A stretch of 60,833 nucleotides of DNA, counting the filler, from Asterionella formosa (Eukaryota), in the NCBI GenBank assembly GCA_002256025.1. It is 13 parts of 13 records of this genome, joined end to end, with 100 filler letters (N's around TTAATTAATTAA, not from the genome) between each part and the next. Parts side by side here need not be neighbours in the genome. Positions count along the whole stretch, not along the records: positions 23,512 to 28,102 come from NKIB01013450.1; positions 28,203 to 32,787 come from NKIB01013451.1; positions 32,888 to 37,473 come from NKIB01013452.1; positions 37,574 to 42,155 come from NKIB01013453.1; 9 more parts are not named here. One strand, given 5' to 3'. The notes beneath the pieces were generated by a model. It was not told the origin of the DNA and searched no databases. It saw only the letters and a list, made by a program, of their open reading frames with translations. Below, one piece after another: positions 26,541-38,728 of this stretch (position 1 is the first letter of the stretch; each line of letters begins with the position of its first letter). The translations under genes were made by a program, and so were the position numbers.

Positions 26541-27555
26541 GTTAATTTTTATTATATTCATTCAAATTCAGGAATGGACCCTTTTACTGTAACAATCACA
26601 CAAATACAATCATAGATGCATGTTGGCGGCATCGGTATTTGCATGGTAGACGAGGAGACGTCATTTTTGTTACCAGGTACATTGAAGTCGTCAAAAAATA
26701 TTATGATGATTCATTGCCTGCCCGGTACCAGGTACTTACATTTTAATCACGACTAATATGGTACCTTGTACCAGGTACTCAAGTAAACATCGTGTAACAA
26801 CAAAATACATTCTTTCAAACGAAATGCTCGTAGCGCTATATTAAGTCATTCGAGCAGTAATCTGTCTACCTGATCCTGCGCATATATTTTATATTGACCA
26901 ATTAATTATATGATCTAGCACGATTTGGAAATTGCCTTGGACGTAGTATCGCGAACACGGCTCGATTTCTGTCTGAACCGAACATACATAAGTATTGACG
27001 AGACAACAATAAATGTCAAATGCACCATATCGTTTTTAACCATTACATTTCAAGAAAGTGGTTGACATTTGCTTCCCGAATGATCCAGAGAACTCCGACA
27101 GCCGTCACACATATGTTTGTCGCGTTTCTGTGGTTAATTTATACCCTTGTAGGTAACTACCCCTGGTAACATACTCAACGAAATGCTGTGACTTCCAGTA
27201 TCGTATGATTCGCTTGCGATGTGGCTGCGTAATCGTAATATATTTTACGACGCCATCTTGGATTTTAAAGTTTCTAGAATCCGCTATTAATAACTTTGTA
27301 ACAGAGGCTACCTGATACTGGTACCGTTTATACTCAATTGGTCTCATCATGTGGAGTTGTTCGAGGTGCAACATCACATCAGATAATAGCGGTACCTGGT
27401 ACCTGATAAAGATAGCTAAATGTTTAGTTCAGCAAAATTACGGCAACTTGCTGGTACCAGGGACCAGGTAGGATACCTGGTAGCAGTACCAGGTTACCTG
27501 TTACGAGGACTACCTGGTACTACATATGATTACAGTTCCGCACCAGAAACATCTA

Positions 27556-27647
27556 CAAGTTGCGGTCATTTTGCTTTAACTAACATTTTAATCTGGGATA
27601 AAGATAGCTAAATCTTTAGTTTCAGCAAAATTACCGAAAGTTGCTGG
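27556..27647 (-). mobile_element. ~100-bp MITE-like repeat, copy 2
   Basis: Reverse complement of 23821-23917 and 32593-32691. Confidence 0.7.
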
Positions 27648-28202
27648 ATATACAGTACCTGGTACCTGGTACCTTCTACCAGGTAGGTACCAGTTACCTG
27701 GTACCATCAGGTAGGACTGTGATTAGAAGTTCTGGTACCGCCTTGGACTAACGTCGTACATAGGACAAAAATAAAAACATCTGGGTCAGGTCTGGAGGTG
27801 TCGGTCATCGTCATGATAAACATTTGTTGGGGCTTTTCTCGTTGGGTTCGGTACATATTCAATATTAGCTATTATGGATAAGTGGACAAAACTGTGCACA
27901 TCAATTAATCTATGGAGAGGGGAGCACACATGCATATATATATATATAAAGGCCACAATCGACATAACTTGTTGTACACTTGTTATCATTGCAAAACCAC
28001 CTCGATGGTTTTACAAACAAGTAGTTCTTCTGCAACGGCATATCCTGCTTTGTTTCTAGCCCCTTGTGGCTCCGAAATGCCTGCGTATGTTGCTCCGAAT
28101 GANNNNNNNNNNNNNNNNNNNNNNNNNNNNNNNNNNNNNNNNNNNNTTAATTAATTAANNNNNNNNNNNNNNNNNNNNNNNNNNNNNNNNNNNNNNNNNN
28201 NN

Positions 28203-29484
28203 AGGTGTATCTGGTGTTTCAACCCATTTGACCTCTCGCCCTCGCAATCCATTAACAAATGATTTGGCATCCATGACTTTTTTGGTAACAGGTTGTAACT
28301 CCATCACTTCCAAGACAGTTCCATCGTAGCAGACCAGTTTTAATCCATCTTTTTTGTTATTCCCGATCTCAATCAAATTAGTAGGACTTTTGGTTTCTCC
28401 TTCCGTAACTCGCGTTCTTGCGATCTTGACCTTGGTTGGCTCGTCGTCACCAATTGTCAAGTACACAAATGTTCCAGGCCACATACTGAAACCTCTGACT
28501 TTGTTGTGGCACACTCGTGCTGTTTCTGCCCAAACCTTGAGTTCAGCTTCCGAAGCGTCAATCATGTCCGCGTTAACCACCATATCATTGTCTTGTTTGA
28601 GTGAATTTTCCATGGTTATAGATCCAGTCAAGACTTTTGGTATGGCATCTAACAGAGCTTTTGTTCCAATTTCGAATAACAGTGGCAAGACGGTTGTGGC
28701 CTGCTCGTCATCATCGATCTCTTTTGTGGTTTGAGAAATGATGGGACCAGCATCCATTTTGGAAACTGTAAATAAGACACTTACACCGACAGGGTTGTCT
28801 CCGGCTTCCAACGACCGTTGCACAGGACTGGCTCCTCGCCATCGAGGCAACAGCGACGGATGAATATTGACAGTTCCATAAGTGGGTGCGGCTAAGAATC
28901 GTTTGGGAAGATATTGACCATAGGCAGCAGTGATACAAAGATCAGGCCTAACATTTGTTTCTAAATCTTCCAGGAACAAGGGGTCTTTCGCCTGAAGAAA
29001 GAACAAAATAGTTTGGATGGTTGTGTTAATAAAATAGGTAGTATATCGGCAACAGCAAGTCGTGACCTGCCCGAAAGAATCAAATATAGGAACGCACACT
29101 TTCTGGAGCAATCACTGGAATCCCCAAGTTCTTAGCAACTTCCCCAACAGGAGTAGCAATGACATCCCCCATCCGCTTTCGTCGCTTCGGAGGTTGCGTT
29201 ACAACGCCAACGATTTCGTAAAGTGAATCTGGTCGCTGTGAATCTTCGTAAATCATCTTTAATGATTCTGCGGCAACTTCGGGTGTCCCAAGAAAGACAA
29301 CTCGATTCTTGGCTTGCGTGGCGCCGGTGGCAAAGAGCCTCCAATCGGTGCTCGTTGCTCCTCGCGGTGCGATTAGTACCGGTACTCGCCGAGGAGCTGC
29401 TGATACTAGAAGCGGAGAAAAGGATCGGACCAAGCGAGCCATATCCAAAGCAAAAAGGACCATAGAGAATACCGGAAGTCGCAT
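28203..29484 (-). CDS. FMT: Methionyl-tRNA formyltransferase, probably plastid-targeted; exons 29484..29098 and 28991..<28203; stop codon lost at scaffold end
   Basis: VVFLGTPEVA, VVTQPP, AAYGQYLP, NIHPSLLPRWRGASPVQR, MDAGPI. GTGCGT..CAG intron 29097-28992 joins PES|AKD in frame. Hydrophobic N-terminus ends LVRS-FSP. Confidence 0.93.
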
Positions 29485-30933
29485 GCGAACAACTGGAAGG
29501 TAAATTATGTATTGGTTCTGTAGGTAGTAAAATATGTTTATCAAGTTGCAGCAGGTCGAATATTAGGAAGTGCTGCTGATATTTTTTGATTCAAAATCAT
29601 TACCGNNNNNNNNNNNNNNNNNNNNNNNNNNNNNNNNNNNNNNNNNNNNNNNNNNNNNNNNNNNNNNNNNNNNNNNNNNNNNNNNNNNNNNNNNNNNNNN
29701 NNNNNNNNNNNNNNNNNNNNNNNNNNNNNNNNNNNNNNNNNNNNNNNNNNNNNNNNNNNNNNNNNNNNNNNNNNNNNNNNNNNNNNNNNNNNNNNNNNNN
29801 NNNNNNNNNNNNNNNNNNNNNNNNNNNNNNNNNNNNNNNNNNNNNNNNNNNNNNNNNNNNNNNNNNNNNNNNNNNNNNNNNNNNNNNNNNNNNNNNNNNN
29901 NNNNNNNNNNNNNNNNNNNNNNNNNNNNNNNNNNNNNNNNNNNNNNNNNNNNNNNNNNNNNNNNNNNNNNNNNNNNNNNNNNNNNNNNNNNNNNNNNNNN
30001 NNNNNNNNNNNNNNNNNNNNNNNNNNNNNNNNNNNNNNNNNNNNNNNNNNNNNNNNNNNNNNNNNNNNNNNNNNNNNNNNNNNNNNNNNNNNNNNNNNNN
30101 NNNNNNNNNNNNNNNNNNNNNNNNNNNNNNNNNNNNNNNNNNNNNNNNNNNNNNNNNNNNNNNNNNNNNNNNNNNNNNNNNNNNNNNNNNNNNNNNNNNN
30201 NNNNNNNNNACTAGTGGGCTGAACAGGGTATGAGTTGCCACTGGAAACCAATGAAGTACCGGTAACTTGATACTGGACAAGGAGTACTAGGTTACCAATT
30301 ACTGGTGTCAAGTGATTGTCTATTCTAGAAGCTCTCGTGATTAGTTGTTTCTTATGATCGTCCTGTCGAAATTGTCGAGGACTTGTACCTGGTAGTTGAT
30401 TCTGGGTTTGCAGGGTTGATAAGCTCAAGCACTCACTTGATCAGGCTTGGCTTACTTACTGCTATACTAGACTTAAATATTTGTTGGTCGCATCATCATG
30501 TATCATCATGCATTGGTTACCGTAGTACATTTATAGCATGTAACATACAGAGAAACTATATTTGAGGAAATGATTGACAACATAAATATGAGACCATACA
30601 AAGTCATTATCAATGTACTAGTTAGCTACGGTTTTATAGAAGCCTGAGACTATAGAGGGATTAGAGGGATGCTTCAAAAAAGAAAAACTGTTGTGATGAA
30701 AACCAAGCCAATCATACCCTTGCCCATGCCGATCTAGCTATTACTTAACATCTGGCATCATTGCACAGAATGATCCCTATATATATATGTATATATATAA
30801 GCCAAAATCGTTTAAGATTATAATATTAAAACTTGTTAACACCCCATGCCCTTGACCACATGCGCCGCTTCGGCTGCCTTCAGAAACAGCAGACAACCTA
30901 ACTTCCTGTGACTCCCTAACCTAAGCATGCTTT

Positions 30934-32329
30934 CTACACCCAGTCTCTAGGATGTTTAAACGCGTCCAAAATTTCAGCCTCTGGTGAACCAGGTTCTGGG
31001 TGGTGATCATATTCCCATCGAGCAGTCTCGGGCAAGGACATGAGAATAGACTCAATGCGTCCTCCAGTCTTGAGCCCAAAGACTGTTCCACGATCGTAAA
31101 CAAGGTTGAATTCAACGTAGCGGCCTCGTCGAATCAATTGCCACTCCTTTTGTTCTGGAGTAAAGGCGTCATTCTTGTGCTTCTCCACAATGGGGCCATA
31201 TGCGTCCACAACACTGTTCAAGCACTCCTTGCTAAACTCAAAGATAGTGTTAGGATCACGATCGTTCTGGTCATCGAAAAAAATTCCACCGAGCCCACGA
31301 GTTTCGTTACGGTGTGAAATGACAAAGTACCGATCGGCCCATGCCTTGAATTCCTTGTAGTATTCTGGGTCGTGCTTGTCACACACTTCCTTATACTTTC
31401 CATGAAAGTGCTTCATGTCATCCTCATCCAAATAGGATGGAGTAATGTCAGTTCCACCTCCAAACCACCAAACTCCTCCATCCGTTTCAAAGTATCGGTA
31501 ATTGAAATGCATAGTAGGTGCAAAAGGGTTCTTAGGGTGCATGACACTGGAGAGTCCACAAGCAAAGAAAGGAACACGTTCTCCAGGGGCATATCCCTTG
31601 GCCCGGTCGACTCCACGTTCGGTGGCGGCTTGAAGGGCCTCTTGCGGCATGGACCCATAGACGACACTCAAATTGACACCTGCCTTTTCAAAGACCTTAC
31701 CACCTGACATGACACGAGACATGCCACCACCTCCAGTGGCACGAGTCCAACAATCTTCTTGAAAGGTAGCTTCTCCATCAATATCTTCAATGGCCTTGGT
31801 AATTTTGATTTGTGCCTCACGGCACATTTTTTCAAATTTCGCACGCATAGGAAAGTTACCTTCAGGGCCATCTCCTTCGCGAACAAGAGAATCTGGAATA
31901 GAGTCCTGTGGTGGGTTTGCTTGTGAGACGACGACTCCAAAAACTATTGTTCACGTGGGGCCAAGGAATATGATGCTTGCTACGTACCACGGCTTCGTGT
32001 GAGTTCCATCCAATGCTGACGGGGGGAGCTTCTTTCTTTTCTGTTGTAGACATTCCCAAGCTGTAGTATCGTGTTGATCGATCGATGGTTGTACGTGGGA
32101 ATATCAGATGGGTGAGTCAAAGAGTATGGTACAGCAAGGTGCACAAATCCGAACTGTATCCAACTCTTGTGCATCGAGAAAGCCGAAGGCCTCCATCCAC
32201 CATCATCGATCCCACTCACCTAGACGCTCCGCCTCTCACCAGAGCACGACGGGTTTGACTTGGGTGAATTCCAAAGCCGTTGGCCGTCATGGCGAGCAAG
32301 CTCAATAATAGGGCACTAGTGATACGCAT
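30934..32329 (-). CDS. CPOX: Oxygen-dependent coproporphyrinogen III oxidase, plastid-targeted; exons 32329..32220, 32060..31988, 31905..30934
   Basis: VFEKAGVNLSVVYG, HFNYRYFE, WFGGGTD, RGLGGIFFDD, RRGRYVEFNLVYDRGT, RIESILMSLP. Two GT-AG introns splice in frame. Signal peptide MRITSALLLSLLAMTANG-F. Confidence 0.96.
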
Positions 32330-32592
32330 TGTGTACTAATACGTTGCTGCGAAATATAGTGAGCTGATGCGACAACCTAAATGCCAACAAAGAGGAAGAA
32401 ATGCGAACTATGGTGGGTGAATCGATCAGTCCATGGATCATCAGCAATATCGATCTGTGCAAGCATCAAGAATATTAGTGGGTGCATACCAAACGCGTGA
32501 CGAGAGACTTGTTTAACTTCAACAATCCTGAGACTCATCCGACTGATGCTTCAGCCAGCTGGAAGCAAGAAGACGACAGCGAAACACGGGTA

Positions 32593-32691
32593 CCAGCAAG
32601 TTGCGGTAATTTTGCTTAAACTAAAGATTTAGCTCATTTTATCCCAGATTAAAATGATTAATTAACCAAAATGATCTCAACTTGCAGGTAC
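32593..32691 (+). mobile_element. ~100-bp MITE-like repeat, copy 3, ~260 bp upstream of the CPOX start
   Basis: Direct similarity to 23821-23917. Confidence 0.7.
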
Positions 32692-33405
32692 TATTCTACC
32701 TGGTTACCAGGTACAAGTGCAGGTACCCTAAATTACTTGGTAGACCAGGTACCGGTACCTGGGTACCATACCAGTACCAGGTACCCTNNNNNNNNNNNNN
32801 NNNNNNNNNNNNNNNNNNNNNNNNNNNNNNNTTAATTAATTAANNNNNNNNNNNNNNNNNNNNNNNNNNNNNNNNNNNNNNNNNNNNTAGGAGGACGATG
32901 ACGCATCGACGATCCCTAAAATACCGGTACGTCATGTCAGTCGTACGACAATCTCTCACCAAGCCAAAGAAACGAAGGTTTCTTGCTGCCCTTGCTCGCA
33001 ATTTTAGCGAACAGTGCATCATGACATCATGATTGCAGCGAGCGAGGGCATCATCATCCAAGTGTGAAAACTGTTGTTGTAACTGTATCCTCAGGATAAG
33101 AGTGAGGTCAAACATCAAAACCAAGCAATCCTGCTGGGTATGCCGGTATATTTAACGGCATAGCTATCATTAGAAAGATACCTCCCATCATCATACAGAG
33201 AGTGCTTGGCCCTGTCGTTCTACAATTCTTACGTACCGGTACTACAAATCTGACTGCATTCTACATACCGGTTGCTATTCTACCGGTAGCATTTCCCTTT
33301 CACTCGTCAATTACTCTCACGGCATCAGTTTTCATCCTTGAACCAGCAGGAATTGAGGCACACTCTAAACCCTCCCGGAGACAGTTTCGTAACTAACCGA
33401 CCAAA

Positions 33406-34340
33406 ATGATGTTTTATAGGGAAGAGTACGAACAAGTGGCGGCGCTCCATGAAGTACATCCAATCTTTGTCTCACGGGAGTTTGCAACGGAGACGATTAT
33501 CCCGTGTTCCATCTCTGTTATTGTCGGGGTCTCTTTTATTTATGCTGCTGTTTCATTATGGGTCATCCGATTGCTGTTACCGAATTCATCGACGTTCACT
33601 CATCGAAATGCGGCATATCAATGTACCAATTTGATGGTCAATGCCATTATTGGAACGACGGGGCTTTATTATTTCATGTTCAAAATGCCAGCTTTTGTCA
33701 CTCTCGAAGATAAGGTGGTGGGTCTGGAAGAACTGTATCCTTTCGCGTGCATGCAATTGGGATATCAATTATGGGCTTTGCCTGTGGGGATTTTTTGGAT
33801 CAAGGAATCCATACCCATGTTGGGACATCATCTCGCTGTTATTGCGACTGCTAGCATGGCAGCTTTTTGCAGCATGGGTTTTCGGTATTTTACTCCACTT
33901 ATGGTATGTTTGTTCAAACGTAAAAGCTTTGGAATGGAAATATATAATTTCTCACACAAACACACTCATATGCATGCCATATAAATAAAAAGTTTGGAAT
34001 GATGGAATTGAGCTCGGTACCACTGGCAATTATGAATGCCTTTAAAGACAATCCAGAGTTGATTCAAAAGTACCCGTCCACATATTTTGCGTCCCGAGTG
34101 GCTTTTGCCATGTCATTTTTGATGATTCGATGGTACATGGTCTTCCCACCCATGTTTGAATTCTTGCGATTGTTGGGATATGCAACATTTTCATACCAGT
34201 CCAAGCCACTTTACTTATTTCACGTTGTTGTTTGGACGTTGGCACATTTCTTGGCATTGTTACAAATCTTTTGGGGCTCGTTGATAATTAAGGCTACCAT
34301 TGGAGTGATTTTTGGTAAACGAAAGGAGAAGGCAAGCTAG
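33406..34340 (+). CDS. TLC (TRAM/LAG1/CLN8) domain membrane protein; exons 33406..33903 and 33993..34340
   Basis: Multiple TM segments; MLGHHL, ELSSVPL, F..F...R and LQIFW motifs. Intron GTATGT..AAG (33904-33992) joins PLM|FGMMELSS in frame. Confidence 0.85.
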
Positions 34341-36289
34341 CAGGGCCACTAAAATTACTTCTAAAGGTACGGATGAAATGTAACAAGCATCGTGCAATTG
34401 TTGATAATTTTGCTACATGCGGCATGAGGAAATCAAGATTCTATTCATTGACCATAACATTCCAAAGGTCAAAGGTTGTCGAATTTAAGATGCATCTTTT
34501 TAGGTTCAAATTTACCAACAGATTGGCAAGCTATACATCATATTTTTCCAAATGTATACTGGGTAGTGGGGGTGCTGTACCTTGGTACCATGAACACTAG
34601 ATAACTTTGTTGTGCAGAGGTTTCATGTTTCATTATTCTATTAATTATTGCCCTTAAAGCTCCCTGAAAACCCAAAAGTACTTACTAAGCTTGACAGAAT
34701 TTGTAGGAACAAGGAACAAGTTACTGCTAGGGAAATGGCTTAATTTGTTAGCACACCTCATTTGGTGGTGAATTCAATTCCTGAATTCTCCACCTGTCTT
34801 TCTTTGTAGGGTTCACGGGTGTCCCATTGTACTGTTTGGACAAATAAAACCAGTACTACCGGTAATTGTTCCCATTCAAGTGTGCACAAGTGCAATTATT
34901 GGATAGCTTTAACATACTCTAAAATTTAATTAACATTTTTTTTCTTCACAAAACTGGAATAAATAAAACTGAAGCCGACATCAATTACTTGTCACTTTTA
35001 TTACCATTTCCAGGCACACTTCATGAGAAACCTGAAGCTTAAGCTCTTGCCAATAACTTGTTGACCCATCATATGAAAATTGAAACTATCTTATTTGTAT
35101 AGTGCATCCTACAATGATGATTATCTGATAATATTATTTCAATATATCACATAATAAATACAATATTTCTCATGATTAACTATAAAGTAACTGTTGGATT
35201 GTGTAAATTCAATTAGTCAATGTGTTGTTCCCATGATATTCCTGTACTTCTTAATTTCCCTTGAATGTTGATGCACCAGCACAAATAATGTGTTTTTGGT
35301 GCTATGAACCCATGCATAAGCATCAAGGAATCCTCGACACTGATGAATGGATAAAAATTCTGTNNNNNNNNNNNNNNNNNNNNNNNNNNNNNNNNNNNNN
35401 NNNNNNNNNNNNNNNNNNNNNNNNNNNNNNNNNNNNNNNNNNNNNNNNNNNNNNNNNNNNNNNNNNNNNNNNNNNNNNNNNNNNNNNNNNNNNNNNNNNN
35501 NNNNNNNNNNNNNNNNNNNNNNNNNNNNNNNNNNNNNNNNNNNNNNNNNNNNNNNNNNNNNNNNNNNNNNNNNNNNNNNNNNNNNNNNNNNNNNNNNNNN
35601 NNNNNNNNNNNNNNNNNNNNNNNNNNNNNNNNNNNNNNNNNNNNNNNNNNNNNNNNNNNNNNNNNNNNNNNNNNNNNNNNNNNNNNNNNNNNNNNNNNNN
35701 NNNNNNNNNNNNNNNNNNNNNNNNNNNNNNNNNNNNNNNNNNNNNNNNNNNNNNNNNNNNNNNNNNNNNNNNNNNNNNNNNNNNNNNNNNNNNNNNNNNN
35801 NNNNNNNNNNNNNNNNNNNNNNNNNNNNNNNNNNNNNNNNNNNNNNNNNNNNNNNNNNNNNNNNNNNNNNNNNNNNNNNNNNNNNNNNNNNNNNNNNNNN
35901 NNNNNNNNNNNNNNNNNNNNNNNNNNNNNNNNNNNNNNNNNNNNNNNNNNNNNNNNNNNNNNNNNNNNNNNNNNNNNNNNNNNNNNNNNNNNNNNNNNNN
36001 NNNNNNNNNNNNNNNNNNNNNNNNNNNNNNNNNNNNNNNNNNNNNNNNNNNNNNNNNNNNNNNNNNNNNNNNNNNNNNNNNNNNNNNNNNNNNNNNNNNN
36101 NNNNNNNNNNNNNNNNNNNNNNNNNNNNNNNNNNNNNNNNNNNNNNNNNNNNNNNNNNNNNNNNNNNNNNNNNNNNNNNNNNNNNNNNNNNNNNNNNNNN
36201 NNNNNNNNNNNNNNNNNNNNNNNNNNNNNNNNNNNNNNNNNNNNNNNNNNNNNNNNNNNNNNNNNNNNNNCTATTATTAAGCTCATGTT

Positions 36290-36780
36290 GCCTTGTTATA
36301 ATTTCGTTCACATAATTCTATAATATAGTTCACATAACATACTAAATTTGTTCACATAATTCTATGATTTGTTGATATAATTTTCTGAAGTTCATTCAAC
36401 TAATTTCCCGAAGGTTGTTCAACATATTTAAAATTTCTATCAAATAATGTTGTGGACTAATTCAACAATACTACATTACATGGGAAAAAATCTCGACATG
36501 CAAACAAAAAGCTGTTCTTTCAGAATGGAATCTTCAGTCTTGAGAAGGCAGGAATTTTGAGACTTACAAGGACAATGCAAGAAGAGAAGACATCCATTCA
36601 GAATGGAAAAAATTATCACTCTTGAAAAGGCATGATTGTGCGAAATTGCAACAGGAATACACCACACTGGCTTCTTTCTTCTTCCTGAAATGACTTCTTC
36701 ATTGGCCTGCAAAGAATCACATCATAACAATAACTCATTTGATAGAACTAGCAACAACAGAAAGCAACACACACACATGT
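36290..36780 (+). mobile_element. Further copy of the 8706/20202 transposon family (subterminal and internal part)
   Basis: ttcacataat repeats as at 9030-9110; inverted similarity to 19500-19760. Confidence 0.6.
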
Positions 36781-37099
36781 AGTACTATTCAACTGTTTCA
36801 TGGAGCCATATAATTGACAGCAACACACTGGCTTCAGTTACGCAGCAGCACCACAACTCACTCATGAGTCAAAAAAATGCTCCGATTTTGTATTAAAAAT
36901 ATCAACTAAATGTAATTCATTCTCAATCATTACAAAATTTTGAATTGTCATTTCGCCAGTTGAATAATTGTCAAAAAAAATTTACGCGAAGGGTGATAAA
37001 TCTGGTGCCTCATGGTGAAATTTTATTCTATCATGTCTCCTTAAATTCTGTGTGATTCGTACATTCAGGGTAAAAGAATTTAGACGACAAAGAGGAATC

Positions 37100-37473
37100 A
37101 CATGGAAAATGTTGGTTTACTGGTGAGGGATAACAAATGAATGATTTATGCAAAATCTAAATTTTAGTAAATAACATTGACAATGCGCACTTCTTTAAGG
37201 CAATAGCAGTGATTTACACGGTTGCATCAATTTGGTGCATGAACATTGCGAAAACGCTGTTTTATGCTGAATCCTCGTCATTTCTTGGGCGTTTCATCAT
37301 AACTTTTTGTCATATGTTATACACATCACAAGGATACATTTGGAATATGTTGGTTTACTGGTGAGGGATAACAAATGAATAATTTATGCAAAACATTTTA
37401 GTATCTTGCATTGACAATGCGCATTTCCTGATGGTGCTGCCTATAGCGATGATGTACATGGTTGCGTCAATTT
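37100..37473 (+). repeat. Imperfect tandem duplication, period ~240 bp
   Basis: atgttggtttactggtgagggataacaaatgaat occurs near 37109 and 37348, with continuing similarity downstream of both. Confidence 0.85.
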
Positions 37474-37573
37474 NNNNNNNNNNNNNNNNNNNNNNNNNNN
37501 NNNNNNNNNNNNNNNNNTTAATTAATTAANNNNNNNNNNNNNNNNNNNNNNNNNNNNNNNNNNNNNNNNNNNN

Positions 37574-38310
37574 AACGTTTTCGTTTTGGCTTGGTTTACG
37601 AGTCCGAAGGCGATTCCGGTGCAGCTCATGATGAGCAACTGGTACGCCTTGTCGTTGGCCTCGTAGATAGCCCTGACTCCTTTGTCTGTCTCGACTTCGT
37701 ACTCTTCGTCAGAACACGGGTTGTGGTTCTTGGAGTACATCGTTCGGAATCCTCTTGCCTTCGCCAGAGCGAGCGTTTTAACGCTCCACTGGTACCAGTT
37801 CGTTTCGTTGCCATCAAACTTGATGAGCCTCATGCTCTCTTCAGACATTTCTGTAGACATGTTAAAACACTTAAGTCCGTTTATAAACGTGTTAAAGTAT
37901 TACCTTTTGTATAGATCTATATCGTTAGACAAAGAAGACTATAGATAGAGACGTTCGTTTCTCTTTCCGTTTCTATATTCTTATTGTGAGTTTACTAATC
38001 TAGTTTAGGTTGTTCTGTTTGAACAAAACAAACGAACTATTCTCCAAATGCTGTTTGCATTTCTAGGAAAATACAATCATAGATAGACCCATGTCTATCT
38101 CACACTTACTGATCATAGGTATTTAACCATGATCATTCATTTCAAACTATCGGTCTTCCGAAATAGCTTATATTGTCCGGCTCATAATAGTCGGAGTAAC
38201 AAAGTATACTGTGTGGTTGATGAGAGCTTGGTACATCAAAGTTGACTCATTCGAATCGTTTGACTCGTTTGACTTCGAGTCCTAACTACGTAGATGAGCT
38301 CACTTTAACA
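37574..38310 (-). mobile_element. 5' end of a Ty1/copia retrotransposon: LTR (~38310-38189), PBS-like site, leader and gag N-terminus (ATG 37860)
   Basis: Gag-like LIKFDGNETNWYQWSVK...ANDKAYQLLIMSC. Begins TGTTAAAG exactly where similarity to the 22205 repeat breaks. TTATGAGCC at 38187-38179. Confidence 0.8.
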
Positions 38311-38728
38311 AAGGGATAGTTGCTTCTGGTCTCCTTGCGGGAACAAGAATAGATTGAACCAAACAATGTTGACAAATAGATACCTACCGGAAAGGGAAGC
38401 ATTGCTTTCAGCATCATCAGTCTATACACAAGCCTAAGGCACCTGATGTCGTCAATATAGCTACCTCGACTTCATCAATGAAGAAGCCAATGGGTGGAGC
38501 AGCCATGTGAGGAAAATCGGGGTTGAGGTTTTCTTGACGCCAACGTGGACCTGCTTGGCTGAACTCCTTGCAGATGAAGGCATTGAGTAACCTGGGCCTG
38601 TGAAGGCCAAGCCAAAGGATAAAGAAAAATCTATGACAAGGGTGCGTGGTGAGATAGTATTTAGGAGGGGGGAGCAAAAGTTATCATAGCTGAACGCATT
38701 CGAAACTTGTATAGACAATAGATGGTGG
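38311..38728 (+). pseudogene. Tc1/IS630-like transposase relic, paralogue of 22205-22670, interrupted by the copia element
   Basis: High nucleotide similarity to 22205-22670; lacks the 60-bp duplication. Confidence 0.65.

Noticed and set aside
29541..36315. Long ORFs in the track at 29541-30428 and 35213-36315
   Set aside because: They consist almost entirely of N-derived X residues.
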